Origin: a virus
Direction: 5' to 3' (one strand)
Length of the DNA stretch: 64,000 nucleotides
IMG/VR virus record: IMGVR_UViG_3300042878_001826
Coordinates: 64,001-128,000 of that record
Numbering within the stretch: position 1 is the first letter of the stretch; every line of letters begins with the position of its first letter. The notes under the pieces were generated by a model. It was given only the letters and a program-made list of their open reading frames with translations, did no database searches and had not been told where the DNA came from. Shown here piece after piece: positions 47,628 to 56,275 of the stretch. Both the position numbers and the translations under genes were made by a program.

Positions 47628-48049
47628 GAGAAGAAATAGAAACGGAAAAATCACTGGCTCAGCTGAAAAGATTCATCGTAAGAGAAATGAAAAACCAAAG
47701 TGCGGATTGGGTAAAAACAAAGATTCAACCTAGCTATGGACCTGACCAAAAAGGATTCAAATCAGAGTATCTAAAAATTCTTAAAGAGATTAAAAGGAAT
47801 AATGATGCTGATGATAATAGACCATACTATATACATCTTTGTGATGGTAGAGACGAATGTAAATACGAACTAAAGGATATTGGTCTGTCTAAAATAAGAT
47901 TCTATTTTCTACTTCAATATGTAAAGAGATTCTGTAAGAGACGAGACGAGCTACAGAAAAAAGAAAGACTTGCTGTTCATTGGGAAAGTTTCTTAAAAAG
48001 AAACAAAGTGTTGGATAGAGATAGAAAGATTGATGAAATTTTAAAATAA
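47624..48049 (+). CDS. hypothetical protein ending RDRKIDEILK
   Basis: ATGA-coupled ORF; motif. Confidence 0.7.
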   Translation: MREEIETEKSLAQLKRFIVREMKNQSADWVKTKIQPSYGPDQKGFKSEYLKILKEIKRNNDADDNRPYYIHLCDGRDECKYELKDIGLSKIRFYFLLQYVKRFCKRRDELQKKERLAVHWESFLKRNKVLDRDRKIDEILK

Positions 48050-48054
48050 TAAAG

Positions 48055-48933
48055 ATGAAAGATATAAAGAGTTTTTGTAAGATGTTTGATTTGAACATAG
48101 CAAGTTTTGACGACTTCGAATACTACAAGAATCAATTCTCACGTATTGATAGATGGAAGAACCTTGACGAGCTTATTACACTATATGAAAAGGCAGAGTC
48201 AGAGATTGGAGACATGTTTGAATATCGTATGTCTAAGATTGACGAAATTGTTGCATTTGTTAAAGGAACTCGTGCATACAACGATATGGCAGACGAAAAT
48301 CTTATTCCAGATTATCCGACTAACAAGAGCTTCGAATATTCTGAGGGAGTGAACTATCTTTCTATTGACTTAAAGATGGCGAACTGGCAAGCAATGAAGA
48401 AATACGATCCATCTTTTATAAATGAATTAGGTGAAACCTATTCTGAGTTCTTGAATAAGTTTGGAGTACCAGAGGTATTCCATAAATCAAAACATTTCAG
48501 ACAGTATATCTTTGGAAATCTAAATCCAAAGAAACAGATAAAGGCACAAAGAGTGATGATTGAAGACATCAAAAACGCTATGTCAAAATATGGTCTTAAA
48601 ATAGAGTGTATTAAACACGACGAGATTATCTACTCTTTTGAAAAGATAGAAGATGTTAGAGAGATTATCGAAGGATTGGATGGTGAAGATTTTACTATAA
48701 CACCATTTACTATTAAAAAAGTTGAAAACTTCAGAATAAATCAGTATCTTTGTAAAGATAGTGGTGAAATACTACATAGCGAGCCAGTTGGATGTAATGG
48801 TCATAAGTTTTTTATGTATTTGAAAAAATATATCTTCAACGAGCCATATGACATCAGAGACTTGTATTTCCGAATGGATGGCGAGCTTGCAATCTGGAGC
48901 ACAGACAACTTAAAATTAGAATTGAATGACTGA
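48055..48933 (+). CDS. hypothetical protein with DNA polymerase palm-like motifs
   Basis: YLSIDLKMAN (motif A-like) and IKHDEIIY (PolA motif C-like). Confidence 0.45.
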   Translation: MKDIKSFCKMFDLNIASFDDFEYYKNQFSRIDRWKNLDELITLYEKAESEIGDMFEYRMSKIDEIVAFVKGTRAYNDMADENLIPDYPTNKSFEYSEGVNYLSIDLKMANWQAMKKYDPSFINELGETYSEFLNKFGVPEVFHKSKHFRQYIFGNLNPKKQIKAQRVMIEDIKNAMSKYGLKIECIKHDEIIYSFEKIEDVREIIEGLDGEDFTITPFTIKKVENFRINQYLCKDSGEILHSEPVGCNGHKFFMYLKKYIFNEPYDIRDLYFRMDGELAIWSTDNLKLELND

Positions 48934-49186
48934 CATTTACTTTTATGATACCAACAAAAAACTTATACTGAAAGATGTTATAGATGATAAGGTTGTTGGT
49001 TTTGATACTGTGTTTGCAAAAACGAGAGCAACAGAGTATCTCAGAAAGATTGGTATACCAGCGAGTGTGAAGTCGTTTGAAAAAGCGACTATACTAAATA
49101 AGTTCAATGGTACTTTCTGTATAAAAGTTTATTTGAATGATACCGCAACAATAAGAGAAATTATATTAAAAAACATATTAGACTAA
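48926..49186 (+). CDS. hypothetical protein ending REIILKNILD
   Basis: ORF track; motif variant. Confidence 0.65.
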   Translation: MTDIYFYDTNKKLILKDVIDDKVVGFDTVFAKTRATEYLRKIGIPASVKSFEKATILNKFNGTFCIKVYLNDTATIREIILKNILD

Positions 49187-49800
49187 TGGATATTTTCAAC
49201 ACAAAAATAGATCTTACTAAAATAACTTGTCATTCCGGTGGTGCCACCGGTGCTGATACAGTTTGGGATGAAATTGGTGAAGAGTTTGGTGTTAAGACTA
49301 AGGCTTATTCATATAGAACAAAGTCTCACGTATCTCCAAATAAAGTAGAGATTTCGGATGCAGATTATGAAGAAGGTGTTATTCAAATAACCAAAGCAAA
49401 CAAAACTTTGGGTAGATTTGGTATTCATAAGTATATGAGTTTGTTGGCCAGAAACTGGGCACAAGTTAAATATTCAAAGCAAGTTTTTGCTATCGGTACT
49501 ATAATCAAAGCAGGTGAGAAATCTGTTAAAGGATATAAGAACAACTCTAAGAATGATGTAGTTGATGGTGGTACTGGATATGCTGTAATGATGGCGATAA
49601 ACCAAGAAAACGATGTTTTTGTTTTTGATCAGATTAAAGATAAATGGTTTAGATGGTCTTACAATTCTCTTAGGTTTGTAGAATTAAAAGAAGTACCTTT
49701 GATAACAGAACAGGATTTTGCTGGTATAGGAACCAGAGAGATTCAACCAAATGGAATAAAAGCAATCAGAGATGTTTATGAAAAAACATTTCTTAAATAA
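49186..49800 (+). CDS. SLOG-superfamily (YpsA-like) protein
   Basis: HSGGATGAD; ARN..QV; GGTG.AV; FAGIGTR. Confidence 0.7.
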   Translation: MDIFNTKIDLTKITCHSGGATGADTVWDEIGEEFGVKTKAYSYRTKSHVSPNKVEISDADYEEGVIQITKANKTLGRFGIHKYMSLLARNWAQVKYSKQVFAIGTIIKAGEKSVKGYKNNSKNDVVDGGTGYAVMMAINQENDVFVFDQIKDKWFRWSYNSLRFVELKEVPLITEQDFAGIGTREIQPNGIKAIRDVYEKTFLK

Positions 49801-49808
49801 AAATAAAA

Positions 49809-51125
49809 ATGGTAAAGATAGTAGAAATTGTAACGATAACTAATTTGATTCCAGTCTTCAAAGAAGGAGCTGAGGCAAATGCTATTCAAGTAGCTAAGTT
49901 TAGTTTTGATAATGGTGGTGAATGTGGTTTTAATGTGATTGCACAGAAAGGCTTATATGAGATAGGTTCAAAGGCAATCTATATCCAACCAGACTATTGT
50001 CTTTCTGAAAACGACTTATTTATGAGTTTCATTGCACCTGGTGGAGATCCAAAGAGATCTAGATTAGGTAAGCAAAATCGTATTCGTGCGATTAAGTTTA
50101 ACTTTTCTTTCGAAGGTTCTAACGACCCTATTTATTCAAATGGTGTCTTACTACCTTTAGAAGAAGTAGAAGCTTTCTTGTTTGAAGGTGATGAAAACTA
50201 TTGCTTCTATAGTGATATGCCTTCTCCTGAAGCATATAGAGAATTAGACTTAGCAGAAGAGTTGGGTGTCACTAAGTATGAAGAACCAGAAACTGCAGGC
50301 TCTGGTTTAATCGCTGGTGAGTTCCCTTCTTTTATGTATAAGACTGATGAACAAAACATCAACAACATTGTAGACCACGTCAAAAAGATAATAACAGAAG
50401 GTCAGGAAATGGGAATCACTATCAAACGTGATGGTAGTTCTCACACGACTTACTTCAAATTAGAAGGTGAAGACTACAAATCTGGTGTTTGTTCCAGAGC
50501 TCAAGAAAAGAAAATGGATCAAACCTTTGTTACTGAATACTTAGATGAAGATAAAAATCTTTATCATAGATACTTTGATAAAGACACTATGACTAAAGGA
50601 TGGTTTTGTGATAATTTATCTCAGTTCAGAGAAGATGATGAAATGGATGGTTTTGAAGCAATCACTAAAGAAGTAAAAGACTCTTGGATTGAATTGGCTA
50701 CAAACTCTGGACTATTGGAAAATGGTTTAGCTTATTGTAAAGAGCATGGATTGCAGCTTGCTTTCCGTGGAGAGATTATCGGACAAGGATTGAAAGGTTC
50801 TGGAAACAAAGTGAATCCGGATTCAAATGAAAAACAGAAACTTGTTCTTTTCGGGATTGATGATTTGTCTGAAGGATTCTCTAAAAGAATCAACTATTCA
50901 TCTCCTCACAATTTGAGAGATGTTTCTAAGATTCTTGGGATTGAATACACTCCGGTGTTTATCGCTAAGTTTGCGACCTATGAAGCTCTTTGTGAATACT
51001 GTGATGGTATCTTTGCTAAAGAGAAATCAGAGGGTAGAATCATTGAGGGTGTTGTTGTAAGAACTCTGTACACAAATGACTTGAGTTGTAAGTACATGAA
51101 TCCTGAATATGATGCTAAGAAATGA
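49809..51125 (+). CDS. RNA ligase, DRB0094/Rnl5-like
   Basis: N-terminal OB-like domain; FPSF..KTDE; IKRDGSS (motif I); RGEI.G; EGVVVR; K.MNP.Y. Confidence 0.8.
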   Translation: MVKIVEIVTITNLIPVFKEGAEANAIQVAKFSFDNGGECGFNVIAQKGLYEIGSKAIYIQPDYCLSENDLFMSFIAPGGDPKRSRLGKQNRIRAIKFNFSFEGSNDPIYSNGVLLPLEEVEAFLFEGDENYCFYSDMPSPEAYRELDLAEELGVTKYEEPETAGSGLIAGEFPSFMYKTDEQNINNIVDHVKKIITEGQEMGITIKRDGSSHTTYFKLEGEDYKSGVCSRAQEKKMDQTFVTEYLDEDKNLYHRYFDKDTMTKGWFCDNLSQFREDDEMDGFEAITKEVKDSWIELATNSGLLENGLAYCKEHGLQLAFRGEIIGQGLKGSGNKVNPDSNEKQKLVLFGIDDLSEGFSKRINYSSPHNLRDVSKILGIEYTPVFIAKFATYEALCEYCDGIFAKEKSEGRIIEGVVVRTLYTNDLSCKYMNPEYDAKK

Positions 51126-51186
51126 TTGTTTCTAAAAACTTATATATAGAGAAGGGAGAAAATCCCTTCAAAATATATGAGTCGAT

Positions 51187-51756
51187 ATGCTATCAAGAGA
51201 ACGTCTGATAAGAATGGTGAGAAGGTCTCAGACCTATATTTCCATATTTATATTTTTGTCAGTATTCTTGGTTTGTTGGAAGTTTGCCAATTTGGACATA
51301 CGTGAGATACAGCTTTCAAACTGGGGCAAGTCTGGATGGATTGGAAGAATATGGAATTCCGCGGTGTGTCTTTTCGCGGTATCGATATTTGTGAACTCTT
51401 TTCTTTATTTAAAGAACAATACTAGAATAAAGTATAAGAAAAAGTTTTATTTTTTATTTGGATTCTTATCGACTTGTCTTTTTGCAGTAGGTTTTTTCAA
51501 CATAGATTATAGACTGATACACAATGTTTCCGCAGGGCTTTATTTCTTCTTCTATCCTCTGACTATATTTATGTTTGCTTATCTGAATCGAAAATATATG
51601 CAGTATTCTGATTGGTTACAAAAGGTTATAATATCAACATCGATGGCCGTGTTTCCTATAATACTTTTGAGTATGTTTCATGGGATGGCGATTGCAGAGA
51701 TTGCACATACTTTTTTAGTAATTTTGTACAACATTAAAATAGCACGACATGAGTGA
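51187..51756 (+). CDS. multi-pass membrane protein (DUF998-like)
   Basis: Several TM segments; LS.WG; IH..SA..YF. Confidence 0.6.
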   Translation: MLSRERLIRMVRRSQTYISIFIFLSVFLVCWKFANLDIREIQLSNWGKSGWIGRIWNSAVCLFAVSIFVNSFLYLKNNTRIKYKKKFYFLFGFLSTCLFAVGFFNIDYRLIHNVSAGLYFFFYPLTIFMFAYLNRKYMQYSDWLQKVIISTSMAVFPIILLSMFHGMAIAEIAHTFLVILYNIKIARHE

Positions 51757-52045
51757 CTACTTCATAAAATATAAAAGCCTTGCGATTCACGCACATCAAA
51801 CATCTAAACTAATAAATAAATATTCGTATAAAGTTATTCCAATCGCAAGCGATATGGAGTATGAGTACATACGTCTTAGGTTTCCTTATGCAAACTGTAT
51901 AAGGATGGATCTGAGAGAACAACTCTTTGGTAAGAATCTTCAAAAGACACTACCAAAAAAGATAATGAAGGAAGTCTGCAATCTTGTCGAGGTTAAATCA
52001 CTGATAAGAGACGAAAGGCTTGAAAGACTTTTGAACAATGAATAA
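51749..52045 (+). CDS. hypothetical protein ending RDERLERLLNNE
   Basis: ORF track; motif. Confidence 0.65.
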   Translation: MSDYFIKYKSLAIHAHQTSKLINKYSYKVIPIASDMEYEYIRLRFPYANCIRMDLREQLFGKNLQKTLPKKIMKEVCNLVEVKSLIRDERLERLLNNE

Positions 52046-52064
52046 TTTTTGATATATTTGTTAT

Positions 52065-52436
52065 ATGAGTGATATTGTTATAAAAATGACTCCGTTTATT
52101 TTTGAAGACGGAAATACATACTACTTTCAGATAGAAGATAGAGATAGTAGTAATGACTATCATGATCTTTATGTCTATAAAAAGGTAGTTATTAAAAGAA
52201 AGTTTCTTTGGTGGAAGTGGGAAAACATTCGTTATGATTTAATAAATGAAAGTCCTGAGTTAGTTGATACTAAATTGAATATTAGTGAAATCAAATCTGA
52301 TATAAAAAAGATAATCATAGCAAAATCTGCAAACCATCAGATAAGGGGCTGGGATGGCTTCGTCGGTAATGTACCAGAGGAACTAAAGAAGTCTATGCAA
52401 AGAGATTCTAAATTAAATGATTTATTCAACGAATGA
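52065..52436 (+). CDS. hypothetical protein ending RDSKLNDLFNE
   Basis: Behind the TATATTTG box at 52053; motif. Confidence 0.7.
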   Translation: MSDIVIKMTPFIFEDGNTYYFQIEDRDSSNDYHDLYVYKKVVIKRKFLWWKWENIRYDLINESPELVDTKLNISEIKSDIKKIIIAKSANHQIRGWDGFVGNVPEELKKSMQRDSKLNDLFNE

Positions 52437-52867
52437 AACTAGGACTAGACATACACGGTGTTATTGACTCAAACCCAAAATCTTTTGCGTTTATGAGTCA
52501 ATCTGTTATTTCCAACAATGGAGAAGTACATATCATCACCGGTGGTTCGTGGACAACAGAACTCGAAAATCAGCTTAAAGATTATGGTATTCAGTGGACT
52601 TCTCACTTTTCAGTGTACGACTATCTTGTCGACTCTGGAATAGACAGTATCGGAACTATTCAGTTTCCTGATGGAACTATTCAAGAGAAGTTTGACTACG
52701 ACCTTTGGGACACTATAAAGGCAGGATATTGTAAGTCAAATGAGATTGATTTACATATTGATGATACTGAAGTTTATTCAAAATATTTTACTACACCATT
52801 CTTATTATACAAGTCTTCAGAAGACTTTGAGAAGATTTCTCATATAGATATAAGAAAACATATGTAG
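52433..52867 (+). CDS. HAD-superfamily hydrolase-like protein
   Basis: LGLDIHGVI; IITG; K; HIDD. Confidence 0.7.
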   Translation: MKLGLDIHGVIDSNPKSFAFMSQSVISNNGEVHIITGGSWTTELENQLKDYGIQWTSHFSVYDYLVDSGIDSIGTIQFPDGTIQEKFDYDLWDTIKAGYCKSNEIDLHIDDTEVYSKYFTTPFLLYKSSEDFEKISHIDIRKHM

Positions 52868-52887
52868 CTTTTGTGTATATAACATAC

Positions 52888-53241
52888 ATGAATGTAAATT
52901 ATGGAATAAAAGAACCACAGGTGGAAATAGACCTGGACAATCCAATCTTTGTCTACTACATAAACGTGAACGGACTGTCACCACAAAGGGCGAATGAAGT
53001 AATCAGTCAGGTCAAAGATCAATGGAGTTATTCGAACGTCGTTACCTGGATTGTTCCTCGTCAACAAGGAGATACAAAGATAGAATGTGTCTATGATGGT
53101 AGAATAAAAGAAAGAAGTGAGGAACTTAAAGAACTTATCGAAGAGATAAACGAAAAGGTAGACTTGATGTCACAGTCTTCTAGCTTCGAAGACTTTAAAA
53201 TCATAGTAAGAGACTGGAGATTAAAAACTCTATTAAAGTAA
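52888..53241 (+). CDS. hypothetical protein ending RDWRLKTLLK
   Basis: Likely ATG at 52888; motif. Confidence 0.65.
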   Translation: MNVNYGIKEPQVEIDLDNPIFVYYINVNGLSPQRANEVISQVKDQWSYSNVVTWIVPRQQGDTKIECVYDGRIKERSEELKELIEEINEKVDLMSQSSSFEDFKIIVRDWRLKTLLK

Positions 53242-53615
53242 TGTCATTAGGAAAGTACAAAAGTAAATCTGAAATATACTCAGACACCTTCACGGTAGAT
53301 TGGGAAATGATCGCGGACAATTGGTATTGTTGGGATGATTACTACCACTATGGTTGGGAGTATGATTCCTATTCATATTACGATTATGAGTACGAGTCTT
53401 GGCAATACAAAGAAAAGGTTTACCGAACGTACGTGTCTAAACGAGTAAGAGTTACCATAGAGGAAAGACTTATTGGTGAGTTCATCGACATGGATAGTAT
53501 CTATGAAATGGGAACTATCTATTATAGGGAAAGAATGCTGAACAGGCTTTTGGGTTTAGAACAGTTTGACGAAGAAAGAAAAACAACAATCGGGGATTAC
53601 TTCCCTTTAAAATAA
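53241..53615 (+). CDS. Tyr/Asp-rich hypothetical protein with RERMLNRLL near the C-terminus
   Basis: ORF track. Confidence 0.65.
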   Translation: MSLGKYKSKSEIYSDTFTVDWEMIADNWYCWDDYYHYGWEYDSYSYYDYEYESWQYKEKVYRTYVSKRVRVTIEERLIGEFIDMDSIYEMGTIYYRERMLNRLLGLEQFDEERKTTIGDYFPLK

Positions 53616-53624
53616 ATAAATAAT

Positions 53625-54095
53625 ATGATTACAGAAAAATATGTGTTCTTTTGGAACGGAGTTTTCTCGCAATGGTATCCATCTAAATTCATTATAGAAG
53701 AAGTTGAGTACAACTGTTGTGAACAATATATGATGGCTCAGAAAGCTTTGCTTTTCAATGATGTAGAAAGTCATAAGATGATTATGTACTCAAAGAGTCC
53801 TGATGAGCAAAAAGGATTTGGTCGTAGAGTAAAAGGATTCGACAAAGACAAATGGGAAGCTATCTGTCGCCAGGTTGTATTCGATGCAAATATGGCGAAG
53901 TTCACACAGAATCCTAAAATGTTGGAAGAACTTATGTACACTGATGATCTTGAGATTGTGGAAGCTAGTCCTTATGACAAGATTTGGGGAATCGGATTGC
54001 ATGAGACAGACGCGAGATGTTTAGATAAGTCTCAATGGCAAGGAACGAATTGGCTTGGAGAAGCAATAATGAGTGTTAGAGAAAAACTAAGATAA
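53625..54095 (+). CDS. NADAR (YbiA/DUF1768) family protein
   Basis: FSQWY; EQYMMAQKA; GRRVKGF; KFTQN; EASPYDKIWGIG; G.N.LG. Confidence 0.92.
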   Translation: MITEKYVFFWNGVFSQWYPSKFIIEEVEYNCCEQYMMAQKALLFNDVESHKMIMYSKSPDEQKGFGRRVKGFDKDKWEAICRQVVFDANMAKFTQNPKMLEELMYTDDLEIVEASPYDKIWGIGLHETDARCLDKSQWQGTNWLGEAIMSVREKLR

Positions 54096-54096
54096 T

Positions 54097-54315
54097 ATGG
54101 GAAGTGGAGTTAGTAAGATGTATGATGACTATGATGATTATGAATACATCTGTAAAATGTTAAATGAGAAAACGGTTGGCTTAAGAGAGTTCTTGGATCA
54201 CGAAGAAGAGATTTTGGTCAAGCACGGATTCAAAGACAAATATGACTATTTTCAATATCTGAACCTTCAAGAAGAAAGAGATAAAAAGATAGTGAAAATA
54301 TTGGGCGAATCTTAA
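54097..54315 (+). CDS. hypothetical protein ending RDKKIVKILGES
   Basis: ORF track; motif. Confidence 0.65.
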   Translation: MGSGVSKMYDDYDDYEYICKMLNEKTVGLREFLDHEEEILVKHGFKDKYDYFQYLNLQEERDKKIVKILGES

Positions 54316-54348
54316 AGATTCCTTATCTTTGTTAAAACAAACAGAGAT

Positions 54349-54504
54349 ATGATAGACAACATTGCATACGATATGATAGAGAATCTTGAAGCTTCTAAAA
54401 TGGTAGACTTTTTAAGAATGATGAATGATTATAAAGCTACTCTTCTAATGCAAGAGATAAACAAATCTGAATCAGAAGACTTCTCTGACGATTTACCTTT
54501 TTAA
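54349..54504 (+). CDS. 51-aa peptide ending in the SSB-like acidic tail SEDFSDDLPF (not in ORF track)
   Basis: Translated by hand; has its own TATCTTTG box at 54324-54331. Confidence 0.7.
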   Translation: MIDNIAYDMIENLEASKMVDFLRMMNDYKATLLMQEINKSESEDFSDDLPF

Positions 54505-55658
54505 TTCGGTAAATCGTATTTTAGATTTATAGAGGTATCAACTCCATAATTCTTCAAAGCTATATGACCATCACCACAATTATTACAGATTACTTTAATA
54601 CCCAAATCTCTTTCGAAGCATTTACCTTTGCAGGTTCCACATTCATCATAGCTTCCATCGGTGTAGTGTAACCAATTACAATCCTTCGACGGAAGGTTTG
54701 AAAGAGTATTCTGTTGCTTGTTCAAAAAGCAAAGTGTGTCTACGAATGGTGCTTTGTCTACGTCTCCGTTTAGCTTTACGGTTATTTCTCCATATACATC
54801 TTTACCACCATATACAAACTCAACATTGCTTTTGGTATGACTATTCATATATTTCTTGTATAGGAATCTGTTTTCGTTTGCAAACTTTTTGAATTTTATC
54901 ACATCAGAGTCGTTGTTTGAATATACTCTATCCATGAAAAAATTAGACTCACACGGAGAATTCTTTAGTTTCCAAACCAATGCCCTTCCAGATATCTGGT
55001 CGGTTTCTTTGTCTACTAGTATCAAAAGTTGAACTTTTGTTTCGTTTTGAGTGTATAATTTAAAAGTTTTCTTTCCTTTTTCTGCCATACAAGAACTACC
55101 TAAACTTCCTTTATCACTTAAATATTTTTCGTTATTGTAGTATTTGGCTATTTCTTCTCCTTTTACAAGTCTGAACTCCATGTTGCTGCTTGATTCTGAT
55201 GCTTTGTATGCGTTTACGAAAGCTTCTAATTCACTATCACTTACACTAAACTTTCCTTTCTTACGAAATGTTGTTACGCCAGATGATGTATTTAAAACGT
55301 TTATGATATATTTAACAAGTTTTCCAATCTTCATTTCGGATCTACCCATAGAATATGGCAGTCCTGCATCATATTCAGAATCCCACTCTTCAGGTACTTT
55401 GTTGTTCATCGTAAAGCTGACCATATCTGCTTTGTCTGTAGTGTCGAAGAAGTTCTGAGCTATTTCATCATCTTCTATATACTGTTCGTCTTCTATATAC
55501 TTTCTTATGAATCTAGCAATCTCTGCAGTTTTTCCGTTGTCCAATGACAATTCGAAAAGCTTTCTCAAAAAATCGGATGATGCATGAAGTTGTCCTTCTA
55601 ACATAAGTTTTATTTCTTCGTTAAGCTTTTCTAATATAAACTGGTTATACTTTCTCAT
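54501..55658 (-). CDS. hypothetical late protein, SCM-motif family (paralog of 23221-25005)
   Basis: LGSSCM; GRALVWKL; FMDRVY; PFVDTL; likely start MRKYNQF at 55658. Confidence 0.75.
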   Translation of the reverse strand: MRKYNQFILEKLNEEIKLMLEGQLHASSDFLRKLFELSLDNGKTAEIARFIRKYIEDEQYIEDDEIAQNFFDTTDKADMVSFTMNNKVPEEWDSEYDAGLPYSMGRSEMKIGKLVKYIINVLNTSSGVTTFRKKGKFSVSDSELEAFVNAYKASESSSNMEFRLVKGEEIAKYYNNEKYLSDKGSLGSSCMAEKGKKTFKLYTQNETKVQLLILVDKETDQISGRALVWKLKNSPCESNFFMDRVYSNNDSDVIKFKKFANENRFLYKKYMNSHTKSNVEFVYGGKDVYGEITVKLNGDVDKAPFVDTLCFLNKQQNTLSNLPSKDCNWLHYTDGSYDECGTCKGKCFERDLGIKVICNNCGDGHIALKNYGVDTSINLKYDLPN

Positions 55659-55708
55659 AATGATAAAAATTTTAGTATTTTTGTATATATTAAATAATAA
55701 AAACACTT

Positions 55709-56257
55709 ATGAGAAATAGAGCTCAGCAAACGAATGGTGATAAAGATTGGACTCCATATTTAAGAGACTTCAAGCTAAGTATTATTACTGGCGAACGAGA
55801 AATAAAAATCAGCCAAGAATGTTTAACGATATTCGACGAGCAGTTAGCATTCATCAGAGACGAATTCCCTAATGATATCATAACAGGGTCGCTGGGTCTT
55901 AACATATTTGGCTTTCTGGAACGAGAGATATCAGATATCGACATCTTGATAAAGGATAGAGAAAGATATAGTCAATATAATAGTGGTGAATACTATCGAC
56001 GAACAAAAAACAACGAGCTGGACATGGAACGCAGACTTGGTTATTTGGAAATAAAGCATAGAAAGCGTGGAATCTGGGGCAAGCTTTTCCCTAAGAAATA
56101 TAAAGTAGACTTCTTCGAAGACAAAGGCACGAGATATTCCGAAGTAAAATACAAAGGACATGTCTACAAAGTGCAGCATCCTATAGATATAATAGAAACA
56201 AAAATAACACTCGAAGGTAGCAAGCATTATCGTGATCTTTATTGTATATTCGGATAA
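55709..56257 (+). CDS. Pol-beta-fold nucleotidyltransferase-like protein
   Basis: ITGSLGL; SDIDIL; KVDFF; KH.RD. Confidence 0.65.
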   Translation: MRNRAQQTNGDKDWTPYLRDFKLSIITGEREIKISQECLTIFDEQLAFIRDEFPNDIITGSLGLNIFGFLEREISDIDILIKDRERYSQYNSGEYYRRTKNNELDMERRLGYLEIKHRKRGIWGKLFPKKYKVDFFEDKGTRYSEVKYKGHVYKVQHPIDIIETKITLEGSKHYRDLYCIFG

Positions 56258-56275
56258 TTTACTTATCTTTGTCAT

